This document shows, piece by piece, positions 1 through 8,561 of a DNA stretch of 24,993 nucleotides; within the stretch, counting starts at the first letter, position 1, and each line of letters starts with the position of its first letter. The stretch comes from Pseudomonadota bacterium (GTDB lineage: Bacteria > Desulfobacterota > JAPLJL01), in the NCBI GenBank assembly GCA_026388615.1, contig JAPLJL010000023.1:1-24993 (forward strand), written 5' to 3'. The translations under genes were made by a program, and so were the position numbers. The notes under the pieces are model-generated. The model made no database searches. It had not been told where the DNA came from and was given only the letters and a program-made list of their open reading frames with translations.

Positions 1-120
1 GATTTATCCCGTTTATCCCGAGAAGAATCGAGGGAAGCATGTTCGTTTCAATCAGTATAGACATAGCGAGGGACAGCGCCCTCCGGCTCTTTGAACTGTT
101 GGAATCGAAATAGGAAAAAC
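1..120 (+). repeat. Direct repeat copy 1 (may extend upstream of the window); 117/120 identical to 1598..1717
   Basis: Direct comparison; differences only at positions 80, 96 and 101 (vs 1677, 1693, 1698). Weak similarity continues about 25 bp further (TCGG.CTTC...GAGGA). Confidence 0.97.
39..113 (+). CDS. Putative 24-aa small protein MFVSISIDIARDSALRLFELLESK (copy 1), resembling the C-terminus of the adjacent oxidoreductase
   Basis: GAGGGA SD-like motif just before ATG; TAG stop; all 3 differences from copy 2 are synonymous; aligns with IGGELAADAALRLFEILEST. Confidence 0.5.
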   Translation: MFVSISIDIARDSALRLFELLESK

Positions 121-182
121 CAGGGCGATCGGACTTCCCCGAGGACAAAAAAGGTCAGACTTAAAAGGAGGGAACCGCGTTT

Positions 183-1583
183 ATGAGCAAAAAGAAAGTA
201 GTTATCATCGGCAGCGGAATCGGCGGATCGGGCGTGGGCGCGCTCCTGGCGCATTCAGGGAATTATGAAGTTTCTCTTTACGAACGCAACAAACTGATCG
301 GCGGACGCTTCGCTTCTTACGAAAAGGACGGCTTTAGATTCGATATCGGGTGCCATTTAATCGCCAATTGTGACAAAGGTAACCTGGGGCGGATTCTCAC
401 CCTGGTAGGTCATCCCGATTGGGTGGAGTGGCATTATGCGGTCAAGCCCGCGCCCGGAATCAACTTCAAGGGCAAGCGGGTGCGCTTCCCCAAGGAAATA
501 GACGGCCTCGGCCTTCCTCCCGAAGAGGTCGGTAAAATCATGGAGTTTTACAACCGGGCCCTGAGCATCCCGGAAGCGGAATACGAGGCTTGGGACAAGC
601 GGAGCGTATATTCCCTGTTGCAGGAGTATACCCAGAACGAAACCGTGCGCTCGGTTTTCAGCCTTTTAAACCGCATTTTTTTCGTCATTTCGGACCGGGA
701 AACCCCGGTCGGCGAGTATGTCCTCTGCACCAAGCAGATGTTGTCGACTCGGAGTAACGGTTATCCCGCGGGCGGAACCGGCAGCGTTCCCGAGGCCTAT
801 GTTAAGAGCATCAAGACTGACGGCGGGCAGGTCTTCCTGAGCACTCCGGTCAGGAGCATCGCGGTGGAAAACGGCGCGGCCCGGGGGATTATCCTGGAAG
901 ACGGGAAGAAGATCGACGCGGATATCGTGATCTCCAACGCCGGCAACAGGCCCACGGTTGATTTCCTGGTGGGCCGCGGGCATTACCGCCCCGAGGTCCT
1001 CGCGCGCCTGGACAAGTACGAATACTCCGGTTGTTTTTCCATGATAAAAATCGCGCTGGATCAGCCGATCTCCGATGAGAAGATGGTGATGTACATCGGG
1101 CGGGATGATATGAGCGTCCTGGATGAGGAACGCCGGGCGGGGATAATCCCCGAGGTGCTGACGGACGTGATGGCGCCGGTGATTTCCAATCTGGATCCGA
1201 AAGCCTGCCCGGAGGGACGCCAGCTCATTATCGCCGGAGGCGGCACCTACCCGATGCCGGAAAAGCCGGACAGCGCCTGGTTCAAGAAACTGGAAGCGTC
1301 CTTGTTTAATGCGGTCAAGATTATTTATCCCGGCATCGAGAAACACATCATGTGGACAAACTTTACCGCCAGCCGGGAAATCGACAATATGTTCGGCGAG
1401 GGCGGCAACATCGTCGGGATCGGCCAGAAAATCGGCCAGGTCGGCCCGGACCGCCCCTTCCTGGTGGACCCCTACGTCAAGAACCTCTACCACTGCAGCG
1501 CGGACTCCGGGGTGCACGGCATCGGCGGTGAACTGGCAGCGGATGCTGCACTCAGGCTTTTCGAGATTCTCGAGTCAACGTAG
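183..1583 (+). CDS. NAD(P)/FAD-dependent oxidoreductase, phytoene desaturase / retinol saturase superfamily (COG1233)
   Basis: N-terminal Rossmann motif VVIIGSGIGG...ERNKLIGGR, FDIGCH motif, YPAGG..SVPEA, C-terminal KNLYHC; AAGGAGG RBS; 466 aa. Confidence 0.9.
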   Translation: MSKKKVVIIGSGIGGSGVGALLAHSGNYEVSLYERNKLIGGRFASYEKDGFRFDIGCHLIANCDKGNLGRILTLVGHPDWVEWHYAVKPAPGINFKGKRVRFPKEIDGLGLPPEEVGKIMEFYNRALSIPEAEYEAWDKRSVYSLLQEYTQNETVRSVFSLLNRIFFVISDRETPVGEYVLCTKQMLSTRSNGYPAGGTGSVPEAYVKSIKTDGGQVFLSTPVRSIAVENGAARGIILEDGKKIDADIVISNAGNRPTVDFLVGRGHYRPEVLARLDKYEYSGCFSMIKIALDQPISDEKMVMYIGRDDMSVLDEERRAGIIPEVLTDVMAPVISNLDPKACPEGRQLIIAGGGTYPMPEKPDSAWFKKLEASLFNAVKIIYPGIEKHIMWTNFTASREIDNMFGEGGNIVGIGQKIGQVGPDRPFLVDPYVKNLYHCSADSGVHGIGGELAADAALRLFEILEST

Positions 1584-1597
1584 TATTAACAGCGGCC

Positions 1598-1717
1598 GAT
1601 TTATCCCGTTTATCCCGAGAAGAATCGAGGGAAGCATGTTCGTTTCAATCAGTATAGACATAGCGAGGGACAGCGCGCTCCGGCTCTTTGAATTGTTAGA
1701 ATCGAAATAGGAAAAAC
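1598..1717 (+). repeat. Direct repeat copy 2 of 1..120
   Basis: 117/120 identity with copy 1. Confidence 0.97.
1636..1710 (+). CDS. Putative 24-aa small protein (copy 2), identical translation to 39..113
   Basis: Same SD-like motif, ATG and TAG; only synonymous differences (GCC/GCG, CTG/TTG, TTG/TTA). Confidence 0.5.
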   Translation: MFVSISIDIARDSALRLFELLESK

Positions 1718-1745
1718 TGCCGGGGTCGGTCTTCGGTGAGGATTC

Positions 1746-3044
1746 TCAGCGGGCGGCCGAAGAGAGAAGATGATGGGCGTAACCCGGACCCATCCTTAAT
1801 CCCAGGGAAAAAAGATTGGCCGGGGGTCGGCGGTAATTTTTGACCGGCTGCATCGAGAGGGCTTTCGCCGGGCAGAGCGAGGCGCAGACCCCGCACCCGA
1901 TACAGCGTTCCCGGCGGTATTCCCATCCGTTTTCACCCAGAACTTGAGCCCCCATCGGACACTTCTGCTGGCATCGGCCGCAGCGGACGCACTTGCTCTC
2001 ATCCCGCTGGGGCCGGAAATGGGGAGGGGCGATCAGGGCGGGGATGTTGAACTTGTTAATGGTCCGGAGGATGAGGCAGCAGCACCCGCAGCAGGAACAG
2101 GTGTAATTGGGCAAATTGAAATCAATATTTATCGAGAAAGTCGCCAGCCCGGCGGCGTTGGCTTTCATTTTTATGTCCAGGGCTTCGGAACGGTCCACCC
2201 GGCGCTGGAAATTCCGGGAGAGCATGAAATCCGCGACCGGCCCGATCGACATGCAGGTTTCCCGGGGGAGGCCGCAGTCGTGGCCGGCATAGGCCTGGGA
2301 CTGGCGGCACTGGCAGAAGCCCACGCCGAAGCTCGAGTTTTCCTTCAGCATTTCGGTCAGGAGGTCGGAGGGCAGGGCGGCGGGAACGGCGTCGATGGTT
2401 TCATGTACCGGGATGTACCGGATCATGGGGAGGGGTTTGTCCAGATAATTGACCATATAGCCGGTATTGTAAACCCGCTCAAAAAGCTGTCCGAAACGGC
2501 GATGCCATTCATCATCATTTCCGCTCATCATCACCATTTCGAATGTTCCCGGGACGATGGGCATCAGGCCGTAGCGGAAGGGTTCCTCGGGCGCGGTGAA
2601 GGTAAGATTATCCCGGCGGTCGGAAATATAAGAGAGGATCTTTTCCGGCTCACCTTTTCCGAAGACGATCAGGGCCCGTTTTTCGTTAGCCAGGCGGTTG
2701 AGGATGGCGGTGACTTCCTCCAGGGGCCGTTTCGCCTGGCGCGCTACGGAACGCGCGGTTTTACCGTAAATCAGGGGAAGGTATTGAACTATTTCCGCCT
2801 CTTCCGGGGTGTATAAATGGACGATCAGCTCCAGGAGCTCCTGCGAAGGGGGGGGACCGATCAGGATCTTCTGGGAATAAAACTCGACGATTTTAAGGTA
2901 GGCCGGAGTGGCCCCGGGATTGGCGGCGCCCAGTTTCCGGATTTCCTTGAATCCACAGCCGCTGAGGAGGGCGGGATAGGCGGAAGCGGCCAGCGAGAGC
3001 TTCAGGAAATCTCGGCGGTTTAAATTTTGAGAAGATCCCGGCAT
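1746..3044 (-). CDS. Uncharacterised multi-[4Fe-4S] protein with twin-arginine (Tat) lipoprotein signal
   Basis: NRRDFLK Tat motif and LSGC lipobox; CQCR...C...C, CSCCGCCC and two CxxCxxCxxxCP motifs; paralog of 6044..6913 and 10050..11135. Confidence 0.85.
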   Translation of the reverse strand: MPGSSQNLNRRDFLKLSLAASAYPALLSGCGFKEIRKLGAANPGATPAYLKIVEFYSQKILIGPPPSQELLELIVHLYTPEEAEIVQYLPLIYGKTARSVARQAKRPLEEVTAILNRLANEKRALIVFGKGEPEKILSYISDRRDNLTFTAPEEPFRYGLMPIVPGTFEMVMMSGNDDEWHRRFGQLFERVYNTGYMVNYLDKPLPMIRYIPVHETIDAVPAALPSDLLTEMLKENSSFGVGFCQCRQSQAYAGHDCGLPRETCMSIGPVADFMLSRNFQRRVDRSEALDIKMKANAAGLATFSINIDFNLPNYTCSCCGCCCLILRTINKFNIPALIAPPHFRPQRDESKCVRCGRCQQKCPMGAQVLGENGWEYRRERCIGCGVCASLCPAKALSMQPVKNYRRPPANLFSLGLRMGPGYAHHLLSSAAR

Positions 3045-3386
3045 CTTTCTAATCGGAAAATTTTAAATGCGTTGGCAATTCCCTTTTCTTGAAATGTCCT
3101 GATAATTTTATCCTTATAGTTTTATGAAAGGTTGTCAAGAAATTATTCCGAACCGGACAAATGGGATTTATTCCGGGACCCGAGCGGAGGTTGATTCCTT
3201 CCCGCAGTGCTTTTTTTATTTGAGCCCGCTCCCGCAGGGACAGGGGTTATTGCGGCCGACCTTATGCCTGGATTGTAGGGATTGTGCCGGTCCAGCCGGA
3301 AAGTATTTATTGAAAGCCAATCAGTTCTGATATATAAAATATCAATGAATAAAATACCTAATCAAAACCAACCAATACCCATCGCC

Positions 3387-4421
3387 ATGAAAAAAATCAT
3401 ATTCTGTCTAGCCGTATTTGCTTTCACTTGTTCCATTCTCCCCTCAATTTCCCGGGCCGCCGAGCAGAAAGCCAAATACGTAATGAAAATGGCGGCCATC
3501 TCCCCCAATGGGACCAGCTGGGCCGACTCCGCGGCCAAGGTCAAAGCCTATGTCGAAGAGAAAACCCAGGGGCAGGTAAAGGTTACCTGGTATTTAGGGC
3601 AAGTGATGGGGGATGAACCGGATGAAATCCGGAAAATCAGGCTGGGACAGCTCCAGGGAGCCGGTTTTACCTTGATGGGCATGGGCCAGATTGACCCGGC
3701 CTTCAAGGTTCTGGAAATGCCTTTTTTGCTGCAGAATACCGACGATCTGGATTTGGTGATGGAGAAAATGAAACCGACCTTTGTCCGCATGTTCGAAGCC
3801 AAGGGATTCGTGCTGGCGGGGTTTCTGGATGTGGGGTTTATTTATTTATTCACCCAGGAGCCCATCATCACGCTTGATCAGCTGCCCAAATTCAAAATGT
3901 GGGCCTGGACAACCGAGTCGGTGATGGGCACCTTCCTCCGCCAGGTCGGGTTCCAGAATATTATTACCACCCCGCTGACCGAAACCCTGACCGCCCTTCA
4001 GACGGGGATGGTGAATGCTTTTTATTCCCCTCTTTACGCCGTAGTCGGCCTGCAATGGTATACCCAGGCCAAATACATTTCCAATTTTACCTTCGGCTAC
4101 ACCCCCGCCGCGATCCTGATGGACAAGAAATTCTACGATTCCCTGCCCCCGCAATTCCAAAAAATCGTCATGGACGCCTGGAACCGGTATCTTCCCGAAT
4201 TGGTCCGCCTGACCAGGGAAGAAAACGCCAATGCTTATAAAAACATGCTGGCCCGCGGGATCAAGGTCGGCCAGACCCCGAACGAAGTGATCGAGGAAAT
4301 TCAGAAAAGGGTTTTCCCGCTCCGCCGCGAACTGGCGGGAAAATATTATCCCGAGGAGCTCCTCGCCGAGATTCAAAATATTTTGGATGAGCCAAGCCTC
4401 CGGCAAAAAGAGGCCCGGTAA
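3387..4421 (+). CDS. TRAP transporter solute-binding protein, DctP family (TPAT/TatP-like subgroup)
   Basis: Signal peptide MKKIIFCLAVFAF...SRA; motifs MAAISPNGTSW, VMGDEPDEIRKIRLGQLQG, TALQTGMVNA. Start moved to the third Met of ORF 3282..4421. Confidence 0.88.
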   Translation: MKKIIFCLAVFAFTCSILPSISRAAEQKAKYVMKMAAISPNGTSWADSAAKVKAYVEEKTQGQVKVTWYLGQVMGDEPDEIRKIRLGQLQGAGFTLMGMGQIDPAFKVLEMPFLLQNTDDLDLVMEKMKPTFVRMFEAKGFVLAGFLDVGFIYLFTQEPIITLDQLPKFKMWAWTTESVMGTFLRQVGFQNIITTPLTETLTALQTGMVNAFYSPLYAVVGLQWYTQAKYISNFTFGYTPAAILMDKKFYDSLPPQFQKIVMDAWNRYLPELVRLTREENANAYKNMLARGIKVGQTPNEVIEEIQKRVFPLRRELAGKYYPEELLAEIQNILDEPSLRQKEAR

Positions 4422-4447
4422 ATCTCCGCCAACCGGAAGCCAAGCTG

Positions 4448-4483
4448 AAAAAAGAGGCCCGCGGTCAGGGCCTCGATTTTTTT
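4448..4483. terminator. Bidirectional intrinsic terminator between convergent genes
   Basis: A6 run, GAGGCCC stem, 7-nt loop, GGGCCTC, then GA and a T7 run. Confidence 0.7.
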
Positions 4484-4522
4484 ACCCCATTCAGGATAAT
4501 CGGTGCCCTCCCCCGCCTGTCC

Positions 4523-6019
4523 TCAGTCGATAAGCCCCTGGGCCAGATCGGAGGCGACGATCTCCGAGCACTCGATCCCGCTCTGGGTGTCGAGCTCGGT
4601 CCCGACCCCGTGTCCGCCCCCGGCGCAGTCCCCGGCGAAATACAGGCCCCGGATGGGGGTGCGGATGGAAGGGCGGTTTTTCCCGACCTGGTCGACGGTC
4701 TGGCCGGTGGAAATGGCCGGGCCGAATTCCTTCCCGATCCAGTTGGCGGTGAATTTCGTGTCGAAACGGTCGACCCACATGATGTGCTTTTTCAGGCCGG
4801 GAATCAGTTCGTCCAGGGAGTCCACGATCTCATCCATCCATTTTTCCGGCGGATCCTCCAGCTCGACGTCGGTGGTGGGGCCGGAGGAGCAGGCGGTGAT
4901 CAGCTGTTTTCCGGGGGGCGCGAGCGAGGGGTCGAAATTGCTCGGCACCGGGGCGTAAACCGCCGTCACCTCCGGGAATTTGCCCTGCATGATATTATTG
5001 TAATTTCTTTTCAGGTCGTCGATGGTGATTTTTTCCGGGTCAATGCTTTTGTCCAGAATCCGGGCCCCGAAAAGCGCTCCCGGCGCGAAGATCTTCCGGT
5101 CCAGGGCGATCTTCACCTGGAAGGCCACGCTGGATTTCTTAATCTTCTTCACCTTTTCGCGGTAGATTTCCGGGAAATGCTCCTCCCCCACCAGGCGCAG
5201 GACGCTGTCCCGGAGCGAGGTGGTGCTGACCACCGCCCGGGCGGGAAAGAACCGGCCGCCCTCGACCTCCACACCCTGGACCCGGCCGTTCTCCACCCTG
5301 ATTTTGGTCACCTTGCTCCCGGTCCGGAGGTCCGCCCCCAGGCCCTCGGCGGCCTCCAGGAAGACGGAAGGGATCCGGTGCGCCCCGCCCTGGGGATAGC
5401 TCAAGGATTGTTCCCAGATAACCCGCTTATAGCACCAGATCGCCTCCCCGGCCGAAGCCTCCCAGAAAGGAAGCACGAAAAACAGACCCAGGAGGGCTCC
5501 CAGGTATCCGACCAGGCGCTGGTTTTGCCCGATGTACTGGGACACGAACTCCTCCGCCGAGCGTTCGTTCCATTTTTCGATTTCGGAATCCGGCATCATC
5601 GCCAGGTCATGTAAAAACCTGGAAACCCCCACGAAATCCTTGAGGGAAATGTTCAGTTCCCGGTAAAGCTGAAGATAGAAGATCGGATACCGGTAGAGTT
5701 CCTTGGGCATGATAATGCTGTATCCCATCCCCTTCATGAGGGCCAGGTCGTGAACCTGTTTGAACTGGATCCGGTTCGGGATCCCCAGGCGCCGCTGGAC
5801 CTCCCCGAACGGGCCCCGGTTTCCCCGGGTGAACATGTGCGTGCCGATATCAACCTTGAAACCGTCTTTCTCGTAGTAGGAGCATGATCCCCCGATCTTC
5901 TCGTTTTTCTCGAGGATCAGCGGGTTGAGCCCGGCCTTGGCGAGGAGCGCCCCGCAGGCGCTGCCCCCCATCCCGGTCCCGATTACCGCCACGTCGTATC
6001 CGTTCCTCGAATTTTCCAT
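4523..6019 (-). CDS. NAD(P)/FAD-dependent oxidoreductase, phytoene desaturase superfamily (COG1233), second paralog
   Basis: YDVAVIGTGMGG...EKNEKIGG, VDIGTH, YPQGGAHRI, TPIRGLYFAGDCAGG; GGAGG RBS favours the Met at 6019. Confidence 0.9.
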   Translation of the reverse strand: MENSRNGYDVAVIGTGMGGSACGALLAKAGLNPLILEKNEKIGGSCSYYEKDGFKVDIGTHMFTRGNRGPFGEVQRRLGIPNRIQFKQVHDLALMKGMGYSIIMPKELYRYPIFYLQLYRELNISLKDFVGVSRFLHDLAMMPDSEIEKWNERSAEEFVSQYIGQNQRLVGYLGALLGLFFVLPFWEASAGEAIWCYKRVIWEQSLSYPQGGAHRIPSVFLEAAEGLGADLRTGSKVTKIRVENGRVQGVEVEGGRFFPARAVVSTTSLRDSVLRLVGEEHFPEIYREKVKKIKKSSVAFQVKIALDRKIFAPGALFGARILDKSIDPEKITIDDLKRNYNNIMQGKFPEVTAVYAPVPSNFDPSLAPPGKQLITACSSGPTTDVELEDPPEKWMDEIVDSLDELIPGLKKHIMWVDRFDTKFTANWIGKEFGPAISTGQTVDQVGKNRPSIRTPIRGLYFAGDCAGGGHGVGTELDTQSGIECSEIVASDLAQGLID

Positions 6020-6043
6020 AATTCCCGTTTCCTCCATAGAGAG

Positions 6044-6913
6044 TTATTGGATGTTGACCTTGAGTCCGCCCTGCGTGAAGTAGTCCTGGATGGTTCCCTG
6101 CAAGGGGGACTGCAGACTGAGCTTGATGGCTTTCTCCGGACAGTGCGCGGCGCAGAAGCCGCATCCCAGGCAGGCCTGTTCGTCAATCACCACCTGTTTT
6201 CCCTTGAGAGATATGGCGCGGACCGGGCATAGTTTTACGCACTTCCGGCACTGGTTGCAGATTTTATCATCCAGGCCGGCCTTCCAGCCGATCGAGCGGA
6301 AGCGGCCCTTGATGTCCTTTTGACTTGTGTCCCGCACCAGCTTGAAAGCGCCGCAGCAGCAGGGGCAGCAGAAGCAGATCTCCAGCCAGTTCGACACCCC
6401 CTCGTACTTGACCCCCAGGAGAAGCCGCTCCACCTCGATCCACATGGCCTGTCCGATCAGGCCCAGCTCGGCGCCCTTGTCGATGTGGGCCAGGGCTTCT
6501 TCCACGCTGACTTCCCGACCCAGGCGGTTTTTAACGACGCCCTTGGCCCCCTCGCCCAAAAAGATGCAGCCATGATCATGCGGAAAATCATGGCAGTCAT
6601 AAGCCGAGCGGCATAAGCAATGATCCATGACGGACCGATAGCCCGCCTGCCTCACCGCCTGCTTCATCATGTCGATGGGCAGGACGACCCCCTGGGCTTT
6701 ATCGGCGACATCGGCATTGAGATTCAGGGCATAGGTCTGGGTCTTGGCCGGCTGGTCCAACTTGGCCAGTTTTTTCAGCCTGGGCCCGATCACCGGATAA
6801 CCGAGATATGCGCCCGAACTGGTGAACAGCCGGAAAACCCCGAGAAAAGCTTTTCGGCTGGAGCGGGCCATGAATTTTTTAATCGATTTATTGGATTTGG
6901 GCTTGTCCGGCAT
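6044..6913 (-). CDS. Uncharacterised multi-[4Fe-4S] protein (short form lacking the N-terminal domain of its paralogs)
   Basis: HCLCR...C...C, ICFCCPCCC and two CxxCxxCxxxCP motifs; GGAGG RBS before MPDKPK; co-oriented and 24 bp upstream of the oxidoreductase. Confidence 0.85.
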   Translation of the reverse strand: MPDKPKSNKSIKKFMARSSRKAFLGVFRLFTSSGAYLGYPVIGPRLKKLAKLDQPAKTQTYALNLNADVADKAQGVVLPIDMMKQAVRQAGYRSVMDHCLCRSAYDCHDFPHDHGCIFLGEGAKGVVKNRLGREVSVEEALAHIDKGAELGLIGQAMWIEVERLLLGVKYEGVSNWLEICFCCPCCCGAFKLVRDTSQKDIKGRFRSIGWKAGLDDKICNQCRKCVKLCPVRAISLKGKQVVIDEQACLGCGFCAAHCPEKAIKLSLQSPLQGTIQDYFTQGGLKVNIQ

Positions 6914-7110
6914 GTTTGCCTCCGATTCCAAGGAATGGATTTCGTTTCAAGCGTAAATAATTAACTGCTGCCCGTTATAAATCAAGACGAAATTCTCTGA
7001 GGGGCGGAGAAGGGGCGGCGGGGCGGCGTTTCCGACCTCCCCTAATATTCCATTCCTTCTTAAAATTTGAATCTGGTGCGGAGGAAATCTATACTCATTA
7101 ATAATTCCGT

Positions 7111-8329
7111 ATGCTTATGGAAATCGAACCACGTCGAAAGCCAAAACTGCTCCTGATCAATCCCGGGGCGGATAAGGACCGTCTCGGCTCGCGCCGGCGG
7201 CGCAAATCCTCCATCGCCCCGCTGAGCCTTCCGCTCCTGGCCGTCCGCGCCGGGGCCCGGTTTGAAATCGAGATCCTCCATGAAAGGCGCAAAGGTCGTC
7301 CTGGGCGGCCTGCACGTCTTTTTCCGGGAAGCCGAGGCGGCCGGGCACGCGGACGCGCTCTTAGTCGGGGAGGCCGAGAAGGTCTGGGACCGGCTCCTGG
7401 ACGATTTTCTGGATGGCCGCCTGGAACGGCGCTACCAGGCGGAAAGCCCGCACGATCTTTCCGGATTGCCCCGTCCGCGCCTCGATCTCTTAAATCATCG
7501 GGCCTACTCCTTTGCCAACGTAATGGAGACCGGGCGGGGGTGCCCCCACCACTGCCAATACTGCTCGGTCACGGCCTACTGGGGAAACCGCTACCGCTTC
7601 CGTCCCATTCCGGAGGTAGTCGAAGAAATGGCCGCGATGCCGCCGGGGGTCGTTACTTTCGTGGATGACAATATTTTCGGTAATCCCGCCCGTGCCCGCG
7701 AGCTGCTCCTGGCGATCAAGCCCCTGGGCCGGCGCTGGCAGGCCCAGAGTGATCTTCGGGTGGCACGCGACCCTGAGCTTCTGCGCCTGGCCGTGGAATC
7801 CGGCTGCGAGTGGCTTTTCATCGGCCTGGAAAGCACCGATCCCGAAAATTTAAAGGCGGTGGGCAAGCGCGAACTCAACCTGGCGGGTGAATTTTCCTCA
7901 TCCCTAACGGCGCTCCGCCGGGCCGGGATCAAGATTTTTGGTTCCTTCATTTTGGGCATGGATCACGACGATGTCTCGGTTTTCGCTCGGACCGTCCGGT
8001 TCTGCATCGAGAACAAGCTCGAGGGGGCCAATTTCTACATATTTACGCCCTATCCCGGGACGCCGCTCTTTGACCAGATGGAGAGCGCGGGCCGGCTTCT
8101 CCACCGGGACTGGTCTAAGTACGACTCGAACCACGTGGTTTTCCGTCCGCAGCGCATGACCCCGGAGGAACTCATGCGGGGTTATCTCTGGACCTATCGG
8201 AATTTCTATTCGTTCGGCTCCATCTGGAAGCGGGTTCTCCGGCCCCGCCGCGATCTGGGCCCGGTGCTTGCCTCCAACCTGGGGCGGCGGATGAACTACC
8301 GGCGTTTCGCGGAAGGCTGCCGGGATTAA
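7111..8329 (+). pseudogene. B12-binding radical SAM protein, frameshifted near 7279-7286 with an apparent internal deletion in the B12-binding domain
   Basis: Frame 1 gives KLLLINPG...PLSLPLLA...EIEILHE; frame 2 continues GAKVVLGGLH...VGEAE, RGCPHHCQYC, FVDDNI, IGLES, TPYPGTPL. About 40 aa present at this point in paralog 12950..14365 are absent. Confidence 0.8.
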
Positions 8330-8429
8330 ACCTGACGGCAAATCGCGGAGGAATATCCCCCCACCGTTTCTTTCCACCCGTTCCGCTTGATATAAATACG
8401 AAAAATATATTTGTTATTCCCTGATACTT

Positions 8430-8509
8430 TGTAGTCGCCCGATTTACGTGTCCCGTCACCGGGCGGGATCGGGCGATTTTGAAACCCGCCGATTAATCGG
8501 CAGACTACA
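8430..8509 (+). repeat. 80-bp REP-like doublet (TGTAG...CTACA), GTAG-type palindrome family
   Basis: Two palindromes, GCCCGATTT[insert]ATCGGGC and GCCGATTAATCGGC, in inverted arrangement; homologous to 15101..15180 and the reverse complement of 23019..23097. Confidence 0.85.
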
Positions 8510-8561
8510 AAAAAATCCGCCCGAGAGAGACGGAGGAAACGATTCAACCGCTTTTTTCGGG

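Noticed and set aside
1-1717. Prophage or integrative-element att sites, or a composite transposon
   Set aside because: The repeats enclose only one metabolic gene, with no integrase, transposase or terminal inverted repeats in the window.
3282-3386. N-terminal extension of the first TRAP SBP given in the ORF track
   Set aside because: AT-rich and non-coding-like; the signal peptide starts at the Met at 3387.
183-6019. Carotenoid biosynthesis cluster (crtI)
   Set aside because: No crtB, crtE or cyclase in the window; only superfamily-level motifs, so no gene symbol was assigned.
6998-7045. G-rich GGGGCGG repeats as a G-quadruplex or regulatory array
   Set aside because: Only three G4 tracts in a short GC-rich stretch; not distinguishable from chance or a simple hairpin.
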